A stretch of 64,000 nucleotides of DNA, from assembly GCA_965250285.1 (NCBI GenBank), contig OZ252299.1:1600001-1664000 (forward strand), in the 5' to 3' direction. A program made the translations under genes and the position numbers. This stretch comes from Myxococcota bacterium. Its GTDB lineage: Bacteria; Myxococcota_A; UBA9160; UBA4427. The notes below the pieces were generated by a model. That model was not told the DNA's origin. It did no database searches and saw nothing but the letters and a program-made list of their open reading frames with translations. Position 1 is the stretch's first letter. Each line of letters begins with the position of its first letter. Of this stretch, positions 11,101 to 20,058 are shown in pieces.

Positions 11101-11582
11101 ACCCGATCCAGGGCGCCTATCTGATCGACGAGTTGACCGACCTGGTCGAGGAGGCGGTCCTCACCGAGTTCGAGCGACTCGCTGAGCGAGGCGGCGTGCT
11201 CGGGGCCATGGAGACGCTCTATCAGCGCAGCAAGATCCAGGAGGAGAGCCTCCACTATGAGTCGCTGAAGCACTCGGGCGAGCTGCCGATCATCGGCGTC
11301 AACACGTTCATCGCGGATGGTGAGGGTGAAGCCGCCGACGAAGTCGAGGTCGAGCTGATGCGTTCGACCGACGACGAGAAGCAGGAGCGACTCTCGTCGC
11401 TGGCGGCGCATCACACGTACTGGAGCGAGGAAGCCACCGCGGCGCTCGCTCGGCTGCAGGACGTCGCACGGGCAGGCGGCAATGTCTTCGAGGAGCTGCT
11501 CGAGACCGTGAAGGTCGCCAGCCTCGGCCAGATCAGCGAGGCGCTGTTCGAAGTGGGCGGACGCTACCGACGCTCGATGTAG
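8112..11582 (+). CDS. icmF: Fused isobutyryl-CoA mutase/GTPase chaperone IcmF
   Basis: N-terminal B12 domain (ASLFDGHDAAINIMRR), MeaI GTPase (GTGGAGKSS, ETAGIGQSD, NKCD), TIM barrel (RMFAGEG, QADILKEDQAQN, HIQTSGRSL). Confidence 0.95.
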   Translation: MTSAATPIREGAAEPARIRVVTAASLFDGHDAAINIMRRLLQAQGAEVIHLGHDRSVDEIVEAAIAEDAHAVAVSSYQGGHMEFFRYLVERLAERGAPWIRVYGGGGGTITPAEIEALHDAGVARIFSPEDGRKLGLEGMIGTIIEDCRSDAMRAARSLDAARAAALVEDLHPARPGALARVITWLEEEADSNVSEAAALRSKLQEKGDHVPVVGFTGTGGAGKSSVVDELVRRARVDDPERRIGLLLVDPTRRRSGGALLGDRIRMNSIHGEGVFVRSLATRQRHLSLSRAIQDAVRVLTAAGFDLVVVETAGIGQSDSEIVDLADLSIYVMTPEFGAPSQLEKIDMLDYADLVVVNKCDRQGARDALRDVRKQWRRNRTAFDLPDDQVPVFPTVARQWNDPGTEQLHRALWSRLGGAATLPERPAGRDGEELVLTSTIPASRVRYLADIADTVRGYRGRVEDDAARAGRADGLSRSLEAFGAEPPEGLPERRADGGPVSDAPEEVVRALQAECDRSWQAVSAERRAQLVDWPSTRRDYAADTQTYAVRGREIEVENQTRTLSDTRVSKVALPRTDDWGDLVRYFGLEHLPGHFPYTAGVFPFKRSGEDPARMFAGEGGPERTNRRFHYLASGQPAARLSTAFDSVTLYGRDPDPRPDIYGKVGNSGVSVCTLDDAKKLYSGFDLCDPSTSVSLTINGPAPMVLAFFLNTAIDQQVERHLRETGQLEAVRARFEAEWAERGLELPHYESERPETHDGLGLALLGIPGDRAVDAETYARIRSDVLKRVRGTVQADILKEDQAQNTCIFSTEFALEVQGDIQAFFVQEAVKNFYSVSISGYHMAEAGANPISQLAFTLANGFTFVESYLARGMAVDDFAPNFSFFFSNGLDAEYNVIGRVARRIWAVAMRERYGADERSQKLKYHIQTSGRSLHAQEMQFNDIRTTLQALIALQDNCNSLHTNAYDEAVTTPTEESVRRALAIQLIINRELGAAKNENPIQGAYLIDELTDLVEEAVLTEFERLAERGGVLGAMETLYQRSKIQEESLHYESLKHSGELPIIGVNTFIADGEGEAADEVEVELMRSTDDEKQERLSSLAAHHTYWSEEATAALARLQDVARAGGNVFEELLETVKVASLGQISEALFEVGGRYRRSM

Positions 11583-11710
11583 GCATCGGATGCCACACGG
11601 CGTCGCGCTGCGAGTCGGGCCCCGCGGGCCCTGCTAGACTGCGCGCCCGCTCGACGTCGCTCGATCGAGACAGGTAGAGCAAGAGCAAAACGAGAAGAAC
11701 GGAGCACGAC

Positions 11711-13858
11711 ATGGCTGGGAAGAACGACGGCGCCGATCTCGGCAAGTGGCGAGATCTCGCGGCGAAGGAGCTGCGCGGCAAGGACGTCGACGACCTCTTC
11801 TGGGAGAGCCCGGAAGGCATCGCCGTCAAGCCGCTGTACACGGCGGCCGATCTCGAGGGGCTGCCGCACCTCGACACGCTGCCCGGCGTCGCGCCCTATC
11901 TGCGCGGCCCCCGCGCGACGATGTACTCGAATCGCCCGTGGACCGTTCGCCAGTACGCCGGCTTCTCGACGGCGGAGGAGTCGAACGCCTTCTACAAGGC
12001 AAACCTCGCCGCCGGCCAGCAGGGCCTGTCGGTGGCGTTCGATCTCGCCACCCACCGCGGCTACGACTCGGATCACGAGCGAGTGACCGGCGACGTCGGC
12101 AAGGCGGGCGTGGCGATCGACAGCGTCGAGGATATGAAGATCCTCTTCGACGGCATCCCGCTGAGTGACGTGACCGTGTCGATGACCATGAACGGCGCCG
12201 TCCTGCCGATCCTCGCGTGCTTCGTGGTGGCCGGCGAGGAGCAGGGGGTGCCCTCTGAGCAGCTCGCGGGCACGATTCAGAACGACATCCTCAAGGAGTT
12301 CATGGTCCGCAACACCTACATCTATCCGCCCGAGCCCTCGATGCGCATCGTGGCCGACATCATCGAGTTCACGGCGAAGAAGATGCCGAAGTTCAACTCG
12401 ATCTCGATCTCGGGCTACCACATGCAGGAGGCCGGTGCCGACACCACGCTCGAGCTGGCCTTCACGCTGGCCGACGGGGTCGAGTACGTGCGCGCGGCCC
12501 TGTCGAAGGGCCTCGACGTCGACGCCTTCGCCGGGCGGCTCTCGTTCTTCTGGGCGATCGGGATGAACTTCTATCTCGAGATCGCCAAGATGCGCGCAGC
12601 GCGCATGCTGTGGGCCGAGCTCATGGCGCAGTTCGAGCCGAAGAACCCGCGCTCGTCGATGCTGCGGACGCACTGTCAGACCTCGGGCGCTTCGCTGACC
12701 GAACAGGATCCGATGAACAACGTCGTTCGGACGACCGTCGAGGCAATGGCCGCGGTGTTCGGCGGAACGCAGAGCCTGCACACCAACGGCTACGACGAGG
12801 CGGTCTCGCTGCCGACCGATGCGGCGGCGCGCACGGCGCGCAACACGCAGCTGATCTTGCAGGAGGAGTCCGGCATTCCCGCCGTCGTCGACCCGTGGGC
12901 GGGCTCGTACTTCATGGAGTCGCTCACGCACGAGGTCGCCGACCGCGCCCGCAAGATCATTGCCGAGGTCGAGGAGCTCGGCGGGATGACCAAGGCGATC
13001 GTGAACGGCATGCCGAAGCTGCGGATCGAGGAGGCGGCGACACGCCGCCAGGCCCGCATCGACCTGGGCGACGACGTGATCGTCGGCGTGAACAAGTACG
13101 TCCTCGACGAAGAGCCCGAGATCGACGTCCGCGACATCGACAACACGGCGGTGCGCGAGGCGCAGGTCGCGAGGCTCGAGCAGATTCGCGCGAGCCGCGA
13201 CTCGGCGGCCGTCGAGAAGGCGCTGTCGCATCTCACCGAGCTCGCCGAGAGCGGCGAGGGCAACCTGCTCGAGGCCGCGGTCGACGCCGCCCGGGCGCGG
13301 GCCACCATCGGCGAGATCAGCGATGCGCTCGAGAAGGTGTACACGCGCTACGCCGCGAGCGTGCAGAGCGTGTCGGGGGTGTACGGGTCGGTGGAGCGGG
13401 GCAACGACGAGTACGACGAGGTCTGTGCCGACGTGGCGAAGTTCGCCGACGAAGAGGGGCGGCGGCCGCGCATGCTGGTCGTGAAGCTCGGTCAGGATGG
13501 CCACGACCGCGGCATGAAGATCATCTCGACCGCGTTCGCCGACATCGGTTTCGACGTCGACGTCGGGCCGCTGTTCCAGACGCCCGAAGAGGCCGCGCGG
13601 ATGGCCATCGACAACGACGTGCACGTCATCGGCGTGTCGAGCCAGGCGGCCGGCCACAAGACGCTCGTGCCGCTGCTCGTCGAGCAGCTGCGCGAAGCGG
13701 GCGCCTCCGACATCCTCGTCGTGGTCGGCGGCGTGATTCCGCCGCAGGACTACGAATACCTGCGGGAGTCGGGCGCGTCGGCGATCTTCGGCCCCGGCAC
13801 GCCGATCCCGAAGGCGGCCGCCGAGGTGCTGGCGGTGCTGCGGGATCAGCGCAAGTGA
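11711..13858 (+). CDS. scpA: Methylmalonyl-CoA mutase
   Basis: [47 protein letters not shown]12-binding motif. Confidence 0.95.
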   Translation: MAGKNDGADLGKWRDLAAKELRGKDVDDLFWESPEGIAVKPLYTAADLEGLPHLDTLPGVAPYLRGPRATMYSNRPWTVRQYAGFSTAEESNAFYKANLAAGQQGLSVAFDLATHRGYDSDHERVTGDVGKAGVAIDSVEDMKILFDGIPLSDVTVSMTMNGAVLPILACFVVAGEEQGVPSEQLAGTIQNDILKEFMVRNTYIYPPEPSMRIVADIIEFTAKKMPKFNSISISGYHMQEAGADTTLELAFTLADGVEYVRAALSKGLDVDAFAGRLSFFWAIGMNFYLEIAKMRAARMLWAELMAQFEPKNPRSSMLRTHCQTSGASLTEQDPMNNVVRTTVEAMAAVFGGTQSLHTNGYDEAVSLPTDAAARTARNTQLILQEESGIPAVVDPWAGSYFMESLTHEVADRARKIIAEVEELGGMTKAIVNGMPKLRIEEAATRRQARIDLGDDVIVGVNKYVLDEEPEIDVRDIDNTAVREAQVARLEQIRASRDSAAVEKALSHLTELAESGEGNLLEAAVDAARARATIGEISDALEKVYTRYAASVQSVSGVYGSVERGNDEYDEVCADVAKFADEEGRRPRMLVVKLGQDGHDRGMKIISTAFADIGFDVDVGPLFQTPEEAARMAIDNDVHVIGVSSQAAGHKTLVPLLVEQLREAGASDILVVVGGVIPPQDYEYLRESGASAIFGPGTPIPKAAAEVLAVLRDQRK

Positions 13859-14880
13859 GCAGCCGGCCTGGCTCGAACGAGCCGGGATCGCGCGGGCGGG
13901 GCTTCGACTCGCCGGAGGGGTATCGCGACGCGATCCGCTCCGGCGATCGCCGAGCGATGGCGCGCGCGATCACTCTGATCGAGAGCACGCGTCCCGATCA
14001 GGCCGAGTTCGGCCAGCAGATCCTCGAGTGCCTCGTGCCCGAGACCGGCGGCGCGATTCGTGTCGGCGTGACCGGACCGCCGGGCGCCGGCAAGAGCACG
14101 TTCATCGAAGCACTCGGCCTGTCTCTCGTCGACGCGGGCCTCAAGGTGGCGGTGCTTGCGGTCGACCCGTCGAGCCCCGTGACCGGCGGCAGTATCCTCG
14201 GTGACAAGACGCGCATGGAGAAGCTCGCGACCCGAAGCGAGGCCTTCATTCGACCGTCGCCGTCGGGTGGGTCGCTCGGGGGCGTCGCCCATCGCACGCG
14301 CGAGGTGATGCTGCTCTGTGAGGCGGCGGGCTACGACGTGGTGTTGATCGAGACGGTGGGCATCGGACAGAGCGAGGTGAGCGTGGCCTCGATGGTCGAC
14401 TTCTTCGCCGTTCTCTTGCTGCCGGCCGGTGGAGACGAGCTGCAGGGGATCAAGAAGGGTGTGATCGAGCTCGCCGACGTGCTCGTGGTGAACAAAGCCG
14501 ATGGCCCGACCGCCGAGGTCGCCGAGCGCACCCGCCTCGACTACCAGGGCGCGCTGCACCTGATTCGGCCGGGGTCCGAGGCGTGGCAGCCCCGTGCGCT
14601 GGCGGCGAGCGCCCTCGAGGGCACCGGCATCGCCGAGCTCTGGGCCGCCGTCGAGGAGCACCACGCTGCGCTGAGCGAGAGCGGCGAGCTGGCCGAGAAG
14701 CGGCGGCGCCAGGCGCGGGCCTGGATGTGGAGCCTCGTCGAAGAGGGCCTTCAGAACGCGTTCCGACAGGATTCGAATGTGGCCCGCGATCTGCCGCACC
14801 TCGAAGCCGAGGTCGCCGACCAGAAGACGACGCCGGCGGCGGCCGCCCGGTCGCTGCTCACGCGCTTCCTGAAGGGCTAG
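13855..14880 (+). CDS. meaB: Methylmalonyl-CoA mutase-associated GTPase MeaB
   Basis: [52 protein letters not shown] start overlaps the mutase stop. Confidence 0.94.
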   Translation: MSSRPGSNEPGSRGRGFDSPEGYRDAIRSGDRRAMARAITLIESTRPDQAEFGQQILECLVPETGGAIRVGVTGPPGAGKSTFIEALGLSLVDAGLKVAVLAVDPSSPVTGGSILGDKTRMEKLATRSEAFIRPSPSGGSLGGVAHRTREVMLLCEAAGYDVVLIETVGIGQSEVSVASMVDFFAVLLLPAGGDELQGIKKGVIELADVLVVNKADGPTAEVAERTRLDYQGALHLIRPGSEAWQPRALAASALEGTGIAELWAAVEEHHAALSESGELAEKRRRQARAWMWSLVEEGLQNAFRQDSNVARDLPHLEAEVADQKTTPAAAARSLLTRFLKG

Positions 14881-15052
14881 CGCCTGCCCCGCTCGGGCCG
14901 CGCGGCTTCGTGGCCCGGCCAGCGATCATCCGTGTGAAAACCGCCCGTCGAATCCCGCTCGACCTACATGTTTCGACGCGGTCGTCCGATGAACCCCGGG
15001 GAGGAGCCGCGGCGACTCGGCCGGTGTGCCAGCGCGTGCGGAGCACGAGACC

Positions 15053-15706
15053 ATGGTCCAGATCAACATGTCGTCCAAGGAGATCACGCTGAAGGTCGTG
15101 TACTACGGCCCGGCGCTCTCCGGCAAGACGACGAATCTGCAGCAGCTGCACGAGCAGATGTCACCGTCGGCCCGCACCAAGATGCTGACGCTGGACACGA
15201 AGGACGACCGCACCCTCTACTTCGATTTCCTGCCCGTGGAATTTTCCACCTCGGGCGGATTCAGCGTGAAGATGAAGCTGTTCACGGTGCCCGGCCAGGT
15301 GATGCACAAGTCGACGCGCAAGGTCGTACTGGCCGGCGCCGACGCCGTCGTCTTCGTCGCCGACAGTCAGCGCTCGAGCGCGAGCGCCAACGCGTACAGC
15401 TGGCGCGACATGGAGGCGAACCTCAAGGCGAACGGGATCGACTTCGAGTCGCTGCCCAAAGTCGTGCAGTTCAACAAGCGCGACTTCCCCGACGTGAAGC
15501 CCTTGAAGGAGATCAAGGAGCAGTGGGGGGACATTCCGACCTTCCCCGCGATCGCGACCCGGGGCGAGGGCATTCAGGAGACGTTCCGCGAGCTGATGCG
15601 GGCGCTCTATCGCTCGCTCGACGAGAAGCACGACTTTGCCCGCAAGTTCCAGGTGTCCGAGAAGGACTTCCTCGAAGGCATCTTCACGAACTTCTCGCCC
15701 GCCTGA
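15053..15706 (+). CDS. MglA-family small GTPase (orphan, no adjacent mglB)
   Basis: KVVYYGPALSGKTTNL, DRTLYFDFLP, FTVPGQV, GADAVVFVADSQ, NKRD. Confidence 0.9.
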   Translation: MVQINMSSKEITLKVVYYGPALSGKTTNLQQLHEQMSPSARTKMLTLDTKDDRTLYFDFLPVEFSTSGGFSVKMKLFTVPGQVMHKSTRKVVLAGADAVVFVADSQRSSASANAYSWRDMEANLKANGIDFESLPKVVQFNKRDFPDVKPLKEIKEQWGDIPTFPAIATRGEGIQETFRELMRALYRSLDEKHDFARKFQVSEKDFLEGIFTNFSPA

Positions 15707-15815
15707 GCGACACCCCGCGCGCCTCTCGCGCCGACCCCCGCCTGAGCGACTCCGGGCGCGTCTCGCGCTGACCCGGCAAGAGCAACACCGGGCGCCTCTC
15801 GCGCCGAGCCCGCCA
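15698..15815 (+). repeat. Degenerate 36-39 bp tandem repeat (about 3 copies) starting at the GTPase stop codon
   Basis: cccgccTGAgcgacaccccgcgcgcctctcgcgccgacc / cccgcctgagcgactccgggcgcgtctcgcgctgacc / cggcaagagcaacaccgggcgcctctcgcgccgagc. Confidence 0.75.
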
Positions 15816-15944
15816 GACGACCCCGACCGGCCCGCCCCATGGGGCTGCTCAGCGCTTCGGCGCACCTGAGGCGCTCCTGCTGCTCGTGACCCGGCGTCGG
15901 TGAAATCGTCGCCAGATCGGGCGGTTCGGGGCCGTCGCGTCAGA

Positions 15945-15973
15945 TTGACACTGCAATCAACCCTTCCTATCGT
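15945..15973 (+). promoter_or_regulatory. sigma70 promoter upstream of ribBA
   Basis: TTGACA-N17-TATCGT, perfect -35 and optimal spacing. Confidence 0.65.
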
Positions 15974-15979
15974 GCCCGA

Positions 15980-16257
15980 GCGCCGACAGGCATCGGCGCG
16001 ACCAACGATCGATCCTGGCCCACGCGTTCTCCTCGGCCGACGCCGGCGAGTGCGGATTCGAGCGTCGATCGAGGCCAGCGCGCCACTCGGTCCGGCCTCC
16101 GGCATCGCAAGGTGCCGGCGATCCCCGGAGACGCCGAGGGCCGACTGAGCCGACGCAGACGAGCGAAGCGGCGAGGCAGGATCGGTCGAGGGTGTTTCGG
16201 TCACGCAGCGCGCCCGCCGGAACCGTGCCACGGTCCGTACGGGAGGTTCGACCCCCT
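15980..16257 (+). promoter_or_regulatory. Structured 5' leader (candidate cis-regulatory RNA) of ribBA
   Basis: Nested stems 16006-16017/16177-16188 and 16032-16073, a GCAA-capped hairpin at 16099-16118, and SD GGGAGG paired with ACCCCC before the ATG. Confidence 0.35.
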
Positions 16258-17568
16258 ATGTCCGACGAACAGTCCTCGCAAGAGTCCGCATCCCAGCCCG
16301 AACCGGGCGCCGACGCCCCGGCGGATCTGCGCGGCCAGGCCGGGACCCCCGGCTCGGCGCTCTCTTCGATCGAAGAGGCGATCGCCGATGTCCGCGACGG
16401 CAAGATGGTCATCCTCGTCGACGATGAGGATCGCGAGAACGAGGGCGACCTCTGCATGGCGGCGGATCTGTGTCGCGCCGAGGACGTCAACTTCATGGCA
16501 AAGTTCGGTCGCGGCCTGATCTGCCTGCCGATGAGCGAGTCGCAGCTCAGACAGCTGAACCTCGAAATGATGGTGCCCGACTACGAGAACAACTCGGGCT
16601 TCGGCACCGCGTTCACGATCTCGATCGAGGCCCGCGAGGGCGTGACCACGGGCATCTCGGCGGCGGACCGGGCCCATACGATCCAGGTCGCGATCCAGCC
16701 CGACGCCAAGCCGACCGACATCGTCCGCCCCGGCCACGTGTTCCCGCTGCGCGCCCGCGAGGGCGGCGTGCTGCGCCGCGTCGGCCAGACCGAGGGCAGC
16801 GTCGACCTCGCGCGCCTCGCCGGCCATTCCTCGTCCGCAGTGATCTGCGAGATCATGAACGACGACGGCACGATGGCCCGCATGCCCGACCTGGTCGAAT
16901 TCGGCCGCGAGCACGGCCTCAAGATCGTGACGATCAAGGATCTCATTCAGTATCGCTTGCGCAACGAGGAGCTGGTGCACCGCGCGGCCAAGTCGAAGAT
17001 GCCGACACGGGCCGGCGGCGACTTCCACTGCATCGTCTACACGAATGACATCGACCACGTCGATCACATGGCGATGGTGAAGGGCGAGATCGACCCGGAC
17101 GAGCCGGTCCTCGTGCGCGTGCACAGCGAGTGTCTCACCGGCGACGCCTTCGGCTCGATGCGATGCGACTGCGGCGAGCAGCTCGAGTCGTCCATGCGCA
17201 TGATCGACGAAGAGGGCACGGGCATCGTGCTCTACATGCGCCAGGAAGGCCGGGGCATCGGCCTCAAGAACAAGATTCGCGCGTATGCGCTGCAAGACGA
17301 GGGGCTCGACACCGTCGAGGCCAACGTCAAGCTGGGCTTCGCGCCGGATCAGCGCGACTACGGCGTCGGCAGCCAGATCCTCTCGGACCTCGGCGCCCGA
17401 CAGATTCGCCTGATCACGAACAACCCGGTGAAGCGCGCCGGGATCGAGGGCTACGGCATCAAGATCGTCGAGCGGGTGCCGCTCGAGGTGCAGCCCAACG
17501 AGAACAACATGACCTATCTCCGCACGAAGAAGGAGAAGCTCGGTCACGTCCTGCACCTGATGGGCTGA
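16258..17568 (+). CDS. ribBA: Bifunctional 3,4-dihydroxy-2-butanone-4-phosphate synthase/GTP cyclohydrolase II
   Basis: [55 protein letters not shown]. Confidence 0.96.
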   Translation: MSDEQSSQESASQPEPGADAPADLRGQAGTPGSALSSIEEAIADVRDGKMVILVDDEDRENEGDLCMAADLCRAEDVNFMAKFGRGLICLPMSESQLRQLNLEMMVPDYENNSGFGTAFTISIEAREGVTTGISAADRAHTIQVAIQPDAKPTDIVRPGHVFPLRAREGGVLRRVGQTEGSVDLARLAGHSSSAVICEIMNDDGTMARMPDLVEFGREHGLKIVTIKDLIQYRLRNEELVHRAAKSKMPTRAGGDFHCIVYTNDIDHVDHMAMVKGEIDPDEPVLVRVHSECLTGDAFGSMRCDCGEQLESSMRMIDEEGTGIVLYMRQEGRGIGLKNKIRAYALQDEGLDTVEANVKLGFAPDQRDYGVGSQILSDLGARQIRLITNNPVKRAGIEGYGIKIVERVPLEVQPNENNMTYLRTKKEKLGHVLHLMG

Positions 17569-17631
17569 GTGCCCTGATGTGGTGCCGGGTGACCCGGGTC
17601 GGTCGAGCGAGAGACAGGGAGAGGTAGAGCA

Positions 17632-18621
17632 GTGTTCGACTCCGTCGATGACGTCATCAATCAGCTGAAAGACCAGGACTACATCTGCGACAAGCAGATC
17701 GCCACCGTGGTCTTCCTCGCCCAGCAGCTCGGCAAGCCCGTGCTCGTCGAGGGGCCCGCCGGCGTGGGCAAGACCGAGCTCGCCAAGGCCGTCTCGACGG
17801 CACTGCGCCGCGAGATGATCCGGCTGCAGTGCTACGAGGGCCTCGACGAGGCGAAGGCGCTGTACGAGTGGGAGTATTCGAAGCAGCTGCTCTACACCCA
17901 GATCCTCAAGGACAAGGTCAGCGAGACGATCAGCGACAGCCAGACCCTGGCCGACGCGGCCGAGCGGGTGGGCAAGGAAGACTCGGTCTTCTTCTCGTCG
18001 CGCTTCATCGTGCCGCGCCCGCTGATGCAGGCGATCACGAGCGAGGTGCCGACGCTCCTGCTGATCGACGAGGTCGACAAGAGCGACCCCGAGTTCGAGG
18101 CGTTCCTGCTCGAGGTGCTCTCCGACTTCCAGGTGACGATCCCCGAGATCGGCACGATCCAGGCCAAGAGCCAGCCGCTGGTGTTCCTGACGTCGAACGA
18201 CGCGCGTGAGATGAGCGACGCCCTGAAGCGCCGCTGCCTGCATCTCTGGATCGACTACCCGAGCGAAGAGCTCGAGGTGAAGATCCTCGACACGAAGGTG
18301 CCGAACATCGCCCGGGCGCTGGCCGAGGATGTCGTGGGTCTGATGAACAAGATCCGCGGTCTCGACCTGAAGAAGGTGCCGTCGATTTCGGAGACGCTCG
18401 ACTGGGCGCGCGCGCTGATGGCCCTCAACGTCGACGATCTCGCCGAGGACGACGTGAAGGACACGCTGAACGTCATCCTCAAGTACGAGGGCGACATTCA
18501 GAAGACCCAGAACGAGCTCTCGAAGCTGATCGAGAAGAAGGCACCGAAGGCCGACGCGCCCGAGGCGGCCGAAGAGCCCGCGAAGCCCGCCGAGCCCGCG
18601 AAGAAGGGGATCCTCCACTGA
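17632..18621 (+). CDS. MoxR-family AAA+ ATPase (CoxD-like)
   Basis: EGPAGVGKTELAK, RLQCYEGLD, LLIDEVDK, SDALKRRC, KVPSISETLDW. Confidence 0.9.
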   Translation: MFDSVDDVINQLKDQDYICDKQIATVVFLAQQLGKPVLVEGPAGVGKTELAKAVSTALRREMIRLQCYEGLDEAKALYEWEYSKQLLYTQILKDKVSETISDSQTLADAAERVGKEDSVFFSSRFIVPRPLMQAITSEVPTLLLIDEVDKSDPEFEAFLLEVLSDFQVTIPEIGTIQAKSQPLVFLTSNDAREMSDALKRRCLHLWIDYPSEELEVKILDTKVPNIARALAEDVVGLMNKIRGLDLKKVPSISETLDWARALMALNVDDLAEDDVKDTLNVILKYEGDIQKTQNELSKLIEKKAPKADAPEAAEEPAKPAEPAKKGILH

Positions 18622-18623
18622 CC

Positions 18624-20042
18624 ATGCAGCAGAAGGTCATCGAGTTCACGAACCTCCTTCGAAAGAGCGGGGTGCGTGTCTCCGTCGCCGAGGGGCTCGA
18701 CGCTTTCCTGGCCCTCGAAGAGCTCTCGATCGACGATCGAGCGCTGTTCAAGGACGCCTTGCGCACGACGATGGTCAAGCGCGGCGACGAGATCCCGACG
18801 TTCGACGAGCTCTTCGAGCTCTTCTTCTCGGGCTTCTACGACAATCTGCGCGATCAGTTCGGCGATCTCGGCGAGCAGATGGGCGCCGAGGGGATCGATC
18901 TCGACCAGCTGCTGCAGCAGCTCGCCGAGATGATGCAGCAGATGGATGGCGAGATGGATCTCAGCGAGCTCGCCAAGGCTCTGCTGACTCAGGATCTCTC
19001 GCAGCTCGAGAACCTGATTCGGGACGCCGCCCAGGACGCCGGCATCGACCGCATCGAGAACATGCTCCAGGTCGGCTTCTTCAGCCGGCGCACGCAGGAG
19101 CAGCTCGACATGGAAGGCGCCATGGGCGAGCTCGAGTCGCTCACCGAACGCGCCGCCGGCATGGGCATGTCGGAGGAGGATCAGGAGGGCATGCGCAAGC
19201 TCATGCAGAAGCTGCAGGAGCTCATGCGCAAGACCGTCAAGAACTTCGTCGAGCAGGAGCTGCAGACGCGGAACCATGACTACATGGAGAAGTTCCGCAA
19301 GGAGATGCTCCAGGAGAAGAGCTTCTACCACCTGACCGAGGACGAGATCGCGCGCATGCGCGAGGTGGTGAATCGGCTCGCCCAGCGCATCAAGAACGTG
19401 CTCTCGATTCGCAAGAAGCGGATCAAGCGCGGCAAGCTCGATCTGCACAACACGCTGCGCCGCAACATGGCGCACGGCGGGATCCCGTTCGAGGTGGTCT
19501 ACAAGCACCGCCGCAAGGATCGTCCGAAGCTGATCATCATGTGCGACGTGAGTTCGTCTGTCGCGAACGTCTCCCGCTTCATGCTGCAGTTCATGTACGG
19601 GCTGCAGGAGGCGTTCAACAAGATTCAGTCGTACGTCTTCGTGAGCGACCTGGGCGACGTCACGCCGGTCTTCAAGGACGGCGACGTCAACACCGCCATC
19701 GAGAAGGCGCTCGACGGCGGCGACGTCATCAACGTCTACACCCGCTCGAACTTCGGTAAGGCCTTCCATGACTTCTGGAAGGACCACCTGTCGATGGTCG
19801 ACAACAAGACGACCGTGCTGATCCTCGGTGACGCGCGCAACAACTACAACGATCCGAAGGCCTGGTGTCTCCGCGACATCCACAACAAGGCCAAGAACGT
19901 CGTCTGGCTGAACCCCGAGAGCCCGTCGGCCTGGGGCTTCGGCGACAGCGTGATGGATCGCTACATGCCGTACTGCGACATCGTCGAAGAGTGCCGCAAC
20001 CTGCGGCAGCTCTCGCGCATCGTCGACCAGATCGTCCTCTAG
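18624..20042 (+). CDS. VWA domain-containing CoxE-like protein
   Basis: MIDAS DVSSSV, ILGDARNNY, WLNPE, ECRNLRQL; starts 2 nt after the AAA+ gene. Confidence 0.88.
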   Translation: MQQKVIEFTNLLRKSGVRVSVAEGLDAFLALEELSIDDRALFKDALRTTMVKRGDEIPTFDELFELFFSGFYDNLRDQFGDLGEQMGAEGIDLDQLLQQLAEMMQQMDGEMDLSELAKALLTQDLSQLENLIRDAAQDAGIDRIENMLQVGFFSRRTQEQLDMEGAMGELESLTERAAGMGMSEEDQEGMRKLMQKLQELMRKTVKNFVEQELQTRNHDYMEKFRKEMLQEKSFYHLTEDEIARMREVVNRLAQRIKNVLSIRKKRIKRGKLDLHNTLRRNMAHGGIPFEVVYKHRRKDRPKLIIMCDVSSSVANVSRFMLQFMYGLQEAFNKIQSYVFVSDLGDVTPVFKDGDVNTAIEKALDGGDVINVYTRSNFGKAFHDFWKDHLSMVDNKTTVLILGDARNNYNDPKAWCLRDIHNKAKNVVWLNPESPSAWGFGDSVMDRYMPYCDIVEECRNLRQLSRIVDQIVL

Positions 20043-20058
20043 ACCCAGGAGCGACGGC

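Noticed and set aside
11583..11710. Cobalamin riboswitch before the B12 mutases (also 7479-7659)
   Set aside because: Gaps are short and lack B12-box/GGGAA...GCCACUG motifs; only a possible extended -10 (TGcTAGACT) is visible
12610..13854. N-terminal extensions of called ORFs (meaB from 12610, mnmA from 1890, rnc from 2498, carotenoid oxygenase to 61123, XRE to 52557)
   Set aside because: They overlap upstream genes in other frames with Arg/Pro-rich nonsense sequence; true starts were assigned at the conserved N-termini
15980..16257. Canonical FMN (RFN) riboswitch
   Set aside because: Conserved RFN blocks (AGGGCGGGGUGAAAUUCCC, AGUCCGGAUGGGAGA) not found
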